A stretch of DNA of 64,000 nucleotides, from NCBI RefSeq assembly GCF_027921745.1, contig NC_079238.1:3162001-3226000 (forward strand), read 5' to 3'. Below are positions 21,273-32,548 of this stretch, one piece after another. The notes beneath the pieces are model-generated. The model made no database searches and was not told where the DNA came from. It was given only the letters and a program-made list of their open reading frames with translations. The position numbers and the translations under genes are program-made. Each line of letters opens with the position of its first letter. Position 1 is the stretch's first letter. The DNA is from Schizosaccharomyces osmophilus (lineage: Eukaryota).

Positions 21273-21676
21273 ATGGCTCTTACTGGTAGCGACATCTTTA
21301 AGGTATGTTTTTTTGTCTTGCTGCAGCTTTAAAGGAATACAAACCACTCCCTGGTCCTAATCGTATCCTGAAACGAGCCTTGCTTTCCCGGAATCGTTTC
21401 CTGACGGTAAAGCTTTACCGGTTGTGGACCTTAGTGTTGCTTAATAAAGGCTTCATTCTTTGTACATGTTTTTCCTTTTCTTCTTGCTTTTCTTGCTTGT
21501 TTTTGTGTTCCAACTGTCTGGCTAACATTTAGATCATCTTTGCTATTATCCTCCCTCCCTTGGGTGTTTTCCTTGAACGGGGTTGTGGTGCTGATATACT
21601 CATCAACATTCTTCTTTGCTGTCTTGGTTATGTTCCTGGCATCATCCATGCTCTTTACATCATCTTAAAATATTAA
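21273..21676 (+). CDS. pmp3: Plasma membrane proteolipid Pmp3, 57 aa, 2 exons (absent from the ORF track)
   Basis: Exon 21273-21302, intron 21303-21532 (GTATGT..GCTAAC..TAG), exon 21533-21676 give MALTGSDIFKIIFAIILPPLGVFLERGCGADILINILLCCLGYVPGIIHALYIILKY, a classic Pmp3 signature. Confidence 0.95.
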
Positions 21677-22583
21677 AACTATCAAGAGTTTCCCTATCCT
21701 ATATAACCACGAGAAAACCCTCAATCATATACTTCCAGTTGTGATACGTTTCCTCATGGTCATTTGTTTTCGTCCGTGTGTATACTTTACTTCTTGAACT
21801 GGCTGTGTATGACTCGCCTTCCATTTGAAAATCTTCTGGTCCATCTTATTGTAAGCTTGCTTGCAAATATGTATTACCAAACATTTGCTTTCCCAAACGC
21901 TTTTCCTTTCTTCTTTTTATCCATATATCTAGTAGCTTATGACTCTTGCTGACTTTTTTTTTTGTTTCTATGCTTTATCTGTTCAGTTCTGTTTTGCGAC
22001 AAGTCATATGTTTCATTGTTCTCTCTTTCTGTAATTCGGACAATCCGGGTTTTTCAAGAATTGCTTGTGCTCTTGCTTTGCATGCTGTAAGCTCGGCTTG
22101 ATAATTTCATAGTGTATACAAATTTAAGGAGAGTTCCGCTGATAAACTTGAATGACATTAAAAAGTTACAGAAGAAAAGCCTAGGCTAGTAAACTTCGTA
22201 GTCCTTCATGAATCTCGTTTGGGCTTATATTCTCTTACTAACTCTTTTGACCCTTTACAGAATTCACAACATTCTAATCCTTGCAAATTGTACTTTTTTT
22301 ACTACCATATCCAACCTTTTTTACTCACGCTCAAACGAATCTCTGAAACGTGCTGGAACGCTATCCAATTCTATTAAAGAAGCAAAAATGGTGTTCTTTG
22401 CTATTTCTGAACTAGAGTAGGGGAATCGTAAACTTTATTGTACAAATTCCAGACTAAAACTCATTTCATTTCATGGCAGTCCCATGGATCTTGATAATGC
22501 AAATTTCGTTTACACTTGCTCAAAAAATTAACTCCTCTAAAACGTTTTCCTTTGCTTAATAGACACACAGGCAAACATACATC

Positions 22584-23040
22584 TTAGGTATGTGGTTGCT
22601 GCCCTTGTTGTTCATTCGTCTCTGGTGGCTCTTTTTGTTTCAGCTCTTCCATAAGTCTCTCATGAGCACGGAATACCTTGCTCTGTATATAAAAAGACCC
22701 CCCTGCCTTGGGGTCATTGATTTTGAACATCCGTTGAAATCTCTCTTCTAGCTGCTCCTTGTTTAACGGATCCACGCTGACGTTTAAAATATCACCAGCT
22801 TCACGCATACTGATTTCTCCTCGTCGAGCCACCTTTGCTTTCTCAGCATTCCCTGCTTGGCTTGTACCTGTGTTTTGCTGACCGGCATTCGCTACCATCT
22901 GTTTGTAGGCCTGAATAAAGGCCCGGCTCATCACTAAATATCATTCCTGTTAGTTCCATTCCATTGCATTTATTTAGTTGTGCGTTTATACCTTGCGAGC
23001 CCACGATTATAAATTTACCAACTGCTTTCGGTAGAGACAT
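22584..23040 (-). CDS. pam16: Mitochondrial import motor subunit Pam16/Tim16, 132 aa, 2 exons
   Basis: Intron 22934-22991 joins MSLPKAVGKFIIVGSQV to MSRAFIQAYKQ; J-like domain with NDPKAGGSFYIQSKVFRAHERL. Confidence 0.93.
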
Positions 23041-23450
23041 GGTTTTTCAGAAATTATTCGACAATAGACACCTTTGGTATTATATTTTTTAGACAGTGAA
23101 TTAAAAATCCTGTTAAATACGATTATTCATCTACTTTCAATTCTTTTAAAGAAAGCCTCACAGTGGTGAGTAGACAGAAAGGGGAAGGGTTAAGGCAAGT
23201 TCAGCGATTCTCAGGTTCCATATGGAATTTTTCAAACGGTGAAGGAATTAGGAGTCTTTATTCTTTTAATATATAGTTACATTTAAAACTGCATATTTAT
23301 TAGTTATATTGAATGAATAAATAAATTGTCATTTCAAAGACAAAGCTGTCTACTCTGTAATATATTCAAGTTCCCTTGTTCATTTAGCATGCCAATAAGG
23401 ATGGTGCACCGTACAGACGAGAATTAAAAAGTAAATGGGCATAAAGTCTT

Positions 23451-24692
23451 TTAAACTTCAAAGGGCACACCATGCGCTCCTGGAAAACCTGTTAACGTCA
23501 AATCTATGGATACATTATCTATTGGTTCAAATGTAAAATTGTCTTCATAGCTTCCTGTTGGAGCGGATTGTCCTGCCTGCTTATTTCGCATGTTTTCTAG
23601 TTCACGAAGATGCTGTTGGCATTCAGCAAACTCATCCATTGCAGATTTATACCTTTCTACAGCCTCTTCGAGGTATTGCTTTTCGCCTTGTAGGTTTTGA
23701 ATCTGCTTTTCTAGATTTACAACATGCTCTCGTTGCTGTTCATCGTCTAACCCTTTTTCTGAATGAGTACTTTGCTTTCCAAGCTCCTGCAAATCGGATT
23801 CTCGTTTGTCAAGAGATGACTTACGTTCACTCAGAGCATGTTGTTCAAAGTCTTTCCAGGATTGAAACGACTCTTTTTCTTGTTGGAAAGTTTTTGTCTG
23901 GTTGTTTAGCTCTTCTTTTTGGCGATTTAGGGCTTCTTCTTTTTCCTTCAATTCTTTTTCTTTACTTCCCAACGTAGCTTCTTTCTCCTGACCGCTTTCT
24001 GTCGCATGTTGAGATACACGGTCTTTTTCCGCCTTCAACTCATCTAAATCTGTTAATGCCGTTTCCAATTCTCGTTTGGAATTCTCGCTTTCGCTTTTCG
24101 AAGACAAAGCTTTTTGTTCATGTTCCTTAATTGTTTCTTGATTTGTATTTTCGGAAACACTCAACTTGCTCTTCAACTCTAGAACTTCCTTTCGAAGGCT
24201 CTCTTTCTCTTCATCTACTAAATCCTCTTTTTTAGAGCTCTTTGGCTTTCCATCTTCTTCGGTTGCTTCTTGTTCTTTCTTGTCGCCTATCGGTTCGTTT
24301 GTTTCGTGCTCGCCGGAAGCGCCTTCGGCAGCATTAGAAGATTCTTCCTTCTCATTCTTTATTAACTCTTTTGTTGTTTCACTTGCTGTTGATTCGGGTT
24401 TGGATTCCTTGTCGGCAGGCTCCAATGAAGATGATTCCTTCGAGGCTTCTGAGGACTCAATATGTTCAGAATTGCTGACACCTGTAGTACTTTCATTACC
24501 TACTGTTGTCGAAGCTTCAGTTTCTGGGGTTGAAGATTTCTGAGAGGAAGCCGAGCGAACATCTTTTGTTTTTGCTTGACGTTTCTTCTTTTTTGCTTCT
24601 TGTAGCTGTTCCGGTTAGTAAACATTTGTACTTTAGCATTGCAAACGAACCCTTTGTTTTGCAAGCGCTAACTTTTCCTCTCGATCAGACAT
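23451..24692 (-). CDS. Acidic coiled-coil protein (SPBC713.09-like), 398 aa, 2 exons; candidate GM130/Bug1-type golgin
   Basis: Exon 24692-24651, intron 24650-24606 (GTTCGT..ACTAAC..CAG), exon 24605-23451 in frame with the track ORF; begins MSDREEKLALAKQRLQEAKKKKRQ, ends IDLTLTGFPGAHGVPFEV. Confidence 0.8.
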
Positions 24693-26183
24693 AGCAGAAT
24701 ACGAAGTATGAATATGTTTTGAAGTGAATGGTGTTGCAGGTATACCAGTAGTAGCTCCACTAGATCAGCCATCGACAAAACGCAGTATAAAAGGCATTCG
24801 TAAGAAAAATTATAATTATAAAAAGGATATCAAAAAATAAAGAACAAAACAGCAATAAATCTCTGTTCGATAGCATAGCTCAATGTTTCTAAGCACCGAC
24901 GATAATATCATACTACCAGTATTATATTACGATAATACCATATTCATAGTATAATACGACAGAACAAATGGGAAAAGAAAAAGAATAAAGTCATCTGAAA
25001 TGACTATTCACGCAAAGTGGAACATGAAAAAGTTCCGTTTTCTCTGGTTTTTTTTGTCCCTTTTGCATTTTTCTTCTTCGTTGTTACCTGGGTCCATAGA
25101 AACAAAAGAAAAAAGGAAAACCAGTGAGGTAACAATAGCAAGGCTATATAAAGGGTGCGGCTGCAGTATTATTTCTTTGTACCAGCGCTCAAGACAGTGC
25201 GATTAGGAAGGCTTTTTGCTTGCATGACATTTTGTTATGCGTTCCTACTTGCTATTCATTGAGCGCAGAAGAATGTGCTGGATCTTTTAAGAGCTTGTGA
25301 ACTTAAGATTTTCCTACTTGTACACGAGTGTCAGAGGATCCATATATGTATATAGATTATTTACGGTTATGTATGGAGATGTTATAAAAAATGTTCATGT
25401 ATTATTCAATTTTCCAAAAGTAAATTTCCTACGCAAAATTAAGAATGACCATGGGAATGTGTTTTATTTCTGTGTGTTTTATGATGCTGTAGATTTATCA
25501 AAAGAAAAGTGACTTACAATTAGGAAAAATCTCTTTTAAATCAATATAAGTGATCAACATTGAGGAAAAAGATCCAGGAACAGGTTTGTTGAAATTGTTG
25601 AAAACTTACGGGCTACCTTGATTCAATCCTGACCACCGTACCTCTATATGTGTAACCAAGCGTAGAGTACCGCAGTTATTTGTTGCTGGGAAATAAGAAG
25701 GTTGAATTCGTCGCTGGAAAAGGGTGTAAATAGACGGTTGTCGACGGTTATTCGAAACCATTGAGTAAGTTTGGTATAACGGTAGCAGTTTATACAATAA
25801 AACAATCATTGAATATTTTGAATATTATTCAAAGTCTTTCACACGAGAAATTCTAGTGTGTTATAAGTACTCATTAAGGTCAAAGAAGAAAAGCGTCTTG
25901 GGTGCATGGCAAAAACTAGCTATATGTTCCGAAACTTTGAGAAAAGAAGCTAAAGATTCATCTTCTTCGTTCATTTTGTAATGACACTCTTCAAAGCAAT
26001 ATAGTAACAGCATAACTGCCTATAATTTAACCACCAATTCATTTACCAAAGGAGGAGCATTTTTATCATCAGCAGGTTCGAAAACCAGTTCTATGTTTTT
26101 CGTACAATCAAAGACCTCCATACCGGCGCTACAGTCAAGTTGAGAAAATGAAACAATTGTGAGCAATTGGATTCAGTCTTCAT

Positions 26184-26399
26184 TTAGGCTTGAATATACT
26201 GCTGTCGTTGAATAGAGTAAATGCGAGTGTGACCAGGAGCCCATCCCAAAGAATGAATAAACGCATGGGCAAATATTTCACCGAATCCCAGCATTATGCC
26301 ATTTAGGAATGGTAATCCCAGGTTGATGGCAGCATACTTTAGGACTTGGAATACCTGAGTAAACACTGACTTTTGAATGGGCATTGACTTTCCTTCCAT
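26184..26399 (-). CDS. mim1: Mitochondrial outer membrane insertase Mim1 (Tom13), 71 aa
   Basis: Signature AINLGLPFLNGIMLGFGEIFAH. Confidence 0.95.
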   Translation of the reverse strand: MEGKSMPIQKSVFTQVFQVLKYAAINLGLPFLNGIMLGFGEIFAHAFIHSLGWAPGHTRIYSIQRQQYIQA

Positions 26400-27141
26400 G
26401 TTGTTTGCTTTTCAATTCCAAGTTAATACAAGTTTTACTTGGTGATACGATGGTACAATTGAGAATCCTAAACGTTTCTTTTTACCTAAATGAAGGTTGT
26501 TCACGATTACTGCTCGCCTCCAGATATGTTCGAGCTTTGCAAAATTTTCAAGTGTTAATTATAAACTTTTTCTAGTAAAGTAGTTTCAACAACGGAAGCG
26601 TTTCTCGGTACTATTCTTCGAAATTCAGTAACTTTGGATGTTGTCAACATCATATAAAGCGTCTCTTGTCAGTTTGGAATATACATTCGAGTGCGGTTTC
26701 ACTCACTATTTAAATATACAGTATTTTAGCTATCACTCGTTGTTAATATATAATGCACAATAATGAGCTTTAATGAGAACATGAACGTTTTCGTGTGCAT
26801 GGATCATCGAAGTACCGATACTTTGTTCTGGTTTATTTCTACGTACGCGCTTCCAGTTTCATTTTATTGTAATTTTATTCTTGTCTTTAAGTAATTATTT
26901 TTAGACTAGCGTTTATTGACTTGGATTCTTTCCGCATTGTCTTGACTTTAAACTCCTAGAAGCATAAAAGTTAAGGGGTGCGCTTATTTAAAAAAGCGCC
27001 TTAAAGGCGGTTACTAGGTATCAGAGTATTTCATTTTTTCATTGTATTCTCTTGATTATCGGTTAGGTATACCTGTCTGGAAAAGCAAACGTTGTACAAC
27101 ACGTTCGACGAAGACGCGCGTTTGAAGTTGTATAATTCATC

Positions 27142-28917
27142 ATGTTTTCTTTCTTTTCCGTCTTTTCTTATCTACAATGGTTGACTTTGGCTTTCAGCTT
27201 TGTTTTGAAACCAGTCGCTTTGGACAATCCTCAAAGTTCCATTACCAATGAAGTAGAAACTCCATCTTCTGGGTGGAGAATCACCAATACCAAGGGAAAG
27301 CCACTGACAGGCAGGTTTCTTCATATTACTGATATGCACCCAGATGAATTTTATCGAGATGGTGCTACTGTCGATCACTATTGCCATGACTATAAACATG
27401 CAAGTGCCAATTCCAAATCGTCTAAAGCTGGTTTCTTGTCGCCGGGACCAGGATTTGAGTGCGATTCCTCGCCATCTCTAATCAATAAAACATTGGATTG
27501 GTTCTCTAAGCATATTGAAAATGATTATGGTGGCATAGATTTCATCATTTGGACAGGCGATAATTCTCGGCATGACAACGACAATCATTTTCCGCGAACA
27601 AAAAGCGAAATCATTACTTCCAATGAAAAGATCGTTGATAAAATGATCGAAACGTTTCCAGACGTTCCAATTGTTGCTGCTATTGGAAACAATGATGTGT
27701 ATCCTCATAATATCATGGAAGGAGGCTCTTCCTCAATGACTCAAGCTCTTGCTGGTGCATGGGATGCTTTAATTCCGACGCAAGAAAAGCACGTTTTTGA
27801 AAAAGGAGGGTACTATATGGTTGAGGTAATCCCTCACAGACTTGCTGTTATCGCCTTTAATTCTCTGTACTTTTCGACAAAAAACGCAGCCGTCGATGGT
27901 TGTCCTAAAAAGGATCCTGATGACCCAGGATCTTTCCACATTCGATGGCTTCGAATTCAATTTTTACTTCTCAGGCAGAGGAAAATGAATGCTTGGCTAG
28001 CTAGCCATGTTCCACCTACACGTGACCAGTGGTATATCGATTGTTATGATGCCTTCGCTGACCTACTGTATGAATTTCGAGACGTCATAGTTGGTCAATT
28101 GTATGGACATATGAATATCAATCACTTCGTCTTCCTTGAATTCAACAAGCCACCAGTAGATACTTCGACTTTACAATCTCGAGATTTAGAAGTTGCAACA
28201 GCACAGCCTAAATACGTCAAAACTTTGATTGAAAATCAGTATGGTGAGCTTCCATTTGTTCCTGATAAACCATCTTCAAAATTCATGGACGAAACTGTCG
28301 GAAAGTTTTCCCTTGCTAGCGTTGGTGGATCTATAGTTCCTGAGATGTTTCCAAACTTTCGTATTTACACGTACAATACTTCGGGTTTGAACCCTCGACC
28401 ATCAGATTTGGATGGAAACGTGGTTGTCTCTGACTCTTTTCCAAAAAACTATACTTCTCTTGTTGATGAATTATTCGAAGACAAAACTACGGAAGATAAC
28501 GAAGATTTGTTTATATCAAATTATGAATCAATGAAGAAAAATTCTAAAAGGAAGAAGAAAAAGAAAAAGAACCACAGAAAGAAAAAAATCCAACCTGGAG
28601 CTTTAGGACCAGCTTATGTTCCTATGACTTTCACACCATTATCGTTTCAGCAAATATTTTTGAATACGTCTGATTATATGGACGCCACGAGTGAAACAGA
28701 AGTTGACTACAAGCTGCTATACGACAGTAGAGATCAACCGTACAACATGCCTTCACTAACTGTTCCTGATTACATGCGCTTAGCAAGACGAATTGCCGGC
28801 GTTTGTGAATCAAAGAAAAAAAAGAAAAAAAGGCGTTATAGAGAAATTACTTACACTTATCTATGGCACGCTTATATCGGGGCGCTCCCTAGGTTGGGTG
28901 ATCCCGATGATTTTTAA
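27142..28917 (+). CDS. ppn1: Vacuolar endopolyphosphatase Ppn1 (metallophosphoesterase), 591 aa
   Basis: GRFLHITDMHPD, WTGDNSRHDND, IGNNDVYPHN, SHVPP and YGHMNI motifs; hydrophobic N-terminus; poly-Lys tracts. Confidence 0.92.
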   Translation: MFSFFSVFSYLQWLTLAFSFVLKPVALDNPQSSITNEVETPSSGWRITNTKGKPLTGRFLHITDMHPDEFYRDGATVDHYCHDYKHASANSKSSKAGFLSPGPGFECDSSPSLINKTLDWFSKHIENDYGGIDFIIWTGDNSRHDNDNHFPRTKSEIITSNEKIVDKMIETFPDVPIVAAIGNNDVYPHNIMEGGSSSMTQALAGAWDALIPTQEKHVFEKGGYYMVEVIPHRLAVIAFNSLYFSTKNAAVDGCPKKDPDDPGSFHIRWLRIQFLLLRQRKMNAWLASHVPPTRDQWYIDCYDAFADLLYEFRDVIVGQLYGHMNINHFVFLEFNKPPVDTSTLQSRDLEVATAQPKYVKTLIENQYGELPFVPDKPSSKFMDETVGKFSLASVGGSIVPEMFPNFRIYTYNTSGLNPRPSDLDGNVVVSDSFPKNYTSLVDELFEDKTTEDNEDLFISNYESMKKNSKRKKKKKKNHRKKKIQPGALGPAYVPMTFTPLSFQQIFLNTSDYMDATSETEVDYKLLYDSRDQPYNMPSLTVPDYMRLARRIAGVCESKKKKKKRRYREITYTYLWHAYIGALPRLGDPDDF

Positions 28918-28996
28918 GTTATTTATAAGTTATTTATTAAAAATAATCGTATATCATGCAACATCATTAATAGAATCATCGCATCTGTGCACAAGC

Positions 28997-31333
28997 TCAT
29001 TGGTTTTGTTTCGTGTACATCTCAGCTAGCATTGTATTAGTAGATGCATCCTCAGGACCTTTGTCCGATCGGATTTTTATGAAACGTGGAAATCGAATTG
29101 ATAATCCGCGATCTCCATCAGCTAACCCAATACCTGCTTTGTAAACAGGAGAAGAAGTAATCTGTGCACCCTTGATTTCCCAGACTTCTTTAGGAGTAAA
29201 AAAGATCTGTGGTTGAACTTTCCCTACTTCATAAATACTAGATACGGGTGCAAGGCTACTATGTCCCGAATCAAGGGAATAACGATCAGTTAATTCTTTG
29301 TAAAATTGGTCGCTGAACCCAGACATACATTTGCACACCGCTTCATATACTGCATTTTCGGGGTTGAAAACAGCAAGAAGAATAGGACTAAACCATCCTG
29401 CCTTTCTTCCATTGCCATACCAAGCACCAATCGGTACAAGATCTAAAGATTCAAATTCTTCGGAGTAATCTTGTTTTACCTTAATCCAGCCTTCGCCTCG
29501 TTTGTCAGGCTCATATGTCGAAGGTAGCTTTGAATTTATTCCGTCCAAAACTTTTACCATCAATCCTTCGCATTTGCTACTAATCGCCAAATTAAAAAAT
29601 TCCTGGATAACAGCCTCGTCTTTCGATTCGAGAGATGCAACAAGCTGAAATTGATTAGGAACCATATTAAAAGCTTCGTTAATCTTTTTTCTTCTACTTG
29701 ATAAAGGGCATTGTAACAAAGACTCTCCTTCAAAGTACATCATATCGAAAATGAAGAAACAGACATGAACCGTTATTTCATTTAAATTCACTTTCTTTCT
29801 TTCTCTCGTGGAAAGCGTCTGAAAATCACGAATTTGTCCTGTGTTAAAATCGATAGCTACCAACTCACCTTCTATAATATAATCACCATTACTCTTTTGG
29901 GCGATTTGACAAGAATCTATAACGTCGGGATACCGTTCACTAATTTCCTCAAGATGACGACTAAAAATTTTAACTTCGCCCATTTTGGACTTGTGCACCT
30001 GGGCCCTTTGGCCATCGTATTTGAATTCACAACAAAAATTATGGCCCTCTAATTTTTGTAACATTTCTTGTAAATCCTTCGTGATTGACCCGAACATTGG
30101 TTTCACTGGAGTACAGGGTCTTATAGACATACGTTGGGTTAAGTTATTTAACCCCGTGGTCAATAGCGCCTGGACAAGGATGTTGTAATCCGGAACTTGA
30201 TAAAAGCATTGTTTTACTGTTTCTTCCGCCTTCTGAAACTCTGCTTGTAAAGCTTCAGTCCCTAATTTATTTAGTCTCTCATAATCAGAATAGATAACAA
30301 AGGCTTTACTCAAAGCAGTAAGCATAGTATTTTGCACAGCTCCAATCCTAAGATTTTGCATAATGCTCCTTCCTATGTATCGCACTTCCTCCGATTTAGC
30401 TGATATTAAAAGAAATTTTGTCAATTCAAGTTTGCGATTTTGAGCCCCATTACCAATACATTCAGCAATTTTCAATAAAGTGGAGTATACTTTTTTGATG
30501 GTTAATGGCTGAGGTTGGAACAATGTACGGACAGACACTTTAGCCTCATATGCAACATCACCAGGATCACCGTGACGATTCCAAAGGGTTTTCAGTGATT
30601 GTGAAGAGATTCCGCAAACCTCTTTCAGTGCTTTCGAGTACATAGCCGGCCCAACTCCTAAATTTTTTCCGTAAAAACTAGGAGCTATGTCGTTAGTAGA
30701 AAGCCATACTGCAGACAATAAAGATTCTTTTTCTAAATATAATAAAGATAAAATACAATTAGTGAGGAGGGTGACTATCCGAATCCTGGATTTTGTCATA
30801 CTTATTAGAACAAACGTATTCGCTAGAAAGGAATAAGGTGCATCACTTTCAGTATTTCTCGGAACTCTTTCGCGGCAATATTTTTCAAAGGCTAGAGGAT
30901 CTTGCTGAAAAGTATCCTCGTCGATAAAGTACGCTTCTTGGCAATTACTACTAAGCGTGGTTCTAATTCCAGTTGGGACGTTTTCTTCTTTCATTAATGC
31001 ACTTGGAGACCCGTCCGGAGGTTCATCTGTTGGTGAATAGGACACAGGCTTATCACTGTTGAAGGCATCCGCTTTTTGACTGTCTCCCACCTCAGCAAGT
31101 TCCTCATCAAATTCTTTTTGAAGTTTTAATGCAATATTAAAATCATCATCGGATATTTCGTGTTTACCTTGCTCTGGCTCTGCACTGTCAATTAACTTAT
31201 GGGAGTTTGGTATTGATGGCCGCTGCTTTGAGAACAGTTCTTGTATTGTGAAATTCGACTGAATCCCGGATTTTCTTTTAGAATTTTTTGAAGAATCATG
31301 TGAATAACCGTTTGCCCTTTTTTTCGGAGGCAT
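28997..31333 (-). CDS. adl1: ATP-dependent DNA ligase I paralogue Adl1, 778 aa
   Basis: Active-site EFKYDGQR, CEGLMVK, WIKVKQDY, SIRFPRFIKIRSDK; first ATG (MPPKKR) at 31333. Confidence 0.9.
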   Translation of the reverse strand: MPPKKRANGYSHDSSKNSKRKSGIQSNFTIQELFSKQRPSIPNSHKLIDSAEPEQGKHEISDDDFNIALKLQKEFDEELAEVGDSQKADAFNSDKPVSYSPTDEPPDGSPSALMKEENVPTGIRTTLSSNCQEAYFIDEDTFQQDPLAFEKYCRERVPRNTESDAPYSFLANTFVLISMTKSRIRIVTLLTNCILSLLYLEKESLLSAVWLSTNDIAPSFYGKNLGVGPAMYSKALKEVCGISSQSLKTLWNRHGDPGDVAYEAKVSVRTLFQPQPLTIKKVYSTLLKIAECIGNGAQNRKLELTKFLLISAKSEEVRYIGRSIMQNLRIGAVQNTMLTALSKAFVIYSDYERLNKLGTEALQAEFQKAEETVKQCFYQVPDYNILVQALLTTGLNNLTQRMSIRPCTPVKPMFGSITKDLQEMLQKLEGHNFCCEFKYDGQRAQVHKSKMGEVKIFSRHLEEISERYPDVIDSCQIAQKSNGDYIIEGELVAIDFNTGQIRDFQTLSTRERKKVNLNEITVHVCFFIFDMMYFEGESLLQCPLSSRRKKINEAFNMVPNQFQLVASLESKDEAVIQEFFNLAISSKCEGLMVKVLDGINSKLPSTYEPDKRGEGWIKVKQDYSEEFESLDLVPIGAWYGNGRKAGWFSPILLAVFNPENAVYEAVCKCMSGFSDQFYKELTDRYSLDSGHSSLAPVSSIYEVGKVQPQIFFTPKEVWEIKGAQITSSPVYKAGIGLADGDRGLSIRFPRFIKIRSDKGPEDASTNTMLAEMYTKQNQ

Positions 31334-31492
31334 ATTTGTTAACAGACATAAATTGTCCAATTCCTTCCTTCCAATTCACGACGCAATGATAAACTTCCAT
31401 AAATAAATTCAATTCAATAAATGACAAAACTATTGCGAAAAAATAGCTCGCTTTCTCCCTTTCTCATTAAATTACCATTATGGTTGTTGTAA

Positions 31493-32548
31493 CTACGTCT
31501 TGAGACACTGGTAAACCAAGACATCACCATGAGTGGTGGTTGCAGCGAAAGAATCTGAAGAAGGATGAGATACGATATCACTAACGATAGACATATTGGG
31601 AGTTGATATGGACGTTAATTGCTCACCAGATTCCATATCCCATATCAAAATCTTCCCATCTTCACTTCCACTAATGACATAGTGCTCCATATAATCAAGG
31701 CAAGATCGAAGTCGATAGTTTGTATTTTTCTTTCCGGAATAGCTTTTTAGGATACCACCAGTTTCTAAATCCAAAAGGTGGTTAGAATTGTGTAAAACCG
31801 AAACTAAAGCGAAAGCTCCTGTTTTAGACGTCCATATTGAAGTAATTGGATCTGTGGAACGGTATTAGAATAAATTCCTCTGAATGTTAGTCATAATAGC
31901 ACATACTTGTAAATGAATCAGTAAGTATTTTTCCGTTACGAACATCGTAAGTTCGTATATTGCCGTCAGTAGATCCTGCGATTATTTGGTCTTCTTTAAT
32001 ATCAATTGTCGAAACGCTGTCTTTGGCCTCATTCAAAACTTGCACCGGAATACTAGAGTTTGATCTATTTACATGTGGTAGTTCAATCAAACCCCTTGAA
32101 AGTTGATACTTACCTGCAGTCCCATAGACGCACCTTTGAGTCGAAGGATCCTAGCAGTGTTAGTATGGAAAATTTAGTCCAAGTCAGCTTTAAATCACCT
32201 ACCACTAGCTAAGATTGAGGAATCTTCATTGTAGCGCACAGTATTAACACGAGCAAGGTGACTACCAAATTTCCTGATTACTTTTCCGGTGGAAACATCC
32301 CAGACATGAACAAAACGATCGCCTCCACAACTCGCGAACCTAGTACTATCGGTGACTATATCCAAATCCATAACCTCGAAGCTATGAGCCATGTACTCTC
32401 TTATATACGCACCAGTTTTTGAGTTCAATAGGCGGACTACACGATCATTGCCGGCGCACAGCAGATAATTACCAGTTGAGTTATATTTTATAGCATTTAA
32501 AGGCTCTTTCTCGTTTGTAGGAATTTGTCGTATTAAATTCACCTGCAT
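31493..32548 (-). CDS. wdr83: WD40 repeat protein Wdr83/MORG1, 299 aa, 4 exons
   Basis: Introns 32151-32202, 32065-32113 and 31852-31906 join three track ORFs plus a 37-nt exon (GSFDSKVRLWDCRS), matching MORG1-type WD repeats. Confidence 0.87.

Noticed and set aside
21305..21532. 75-aa ORF starting MFFCLAAALKEY
   Set aside because: Lies wholly in the pmp3 intron; its ATG is part of the GTATGT donor.
23558..24543. Plus-strand ORFs of 139 and 125 aa
   Set aside because: Antisense shadows of the Glu/Lys-rich coiled-coil gene.
25604..25683. U1 snRNA-like fragments (ACTTAC..., CAGTTATTTGT)
   Set aside because: No ACTTACCTG 5' end, wrong spacing, no recognisable loop II or Sm site.
26075..26086. 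GGTTCGAAAACC as a tRNA B-box
   Set aside because: Mismatches GGTTCGANTCC; no A-box or cloverleaf.
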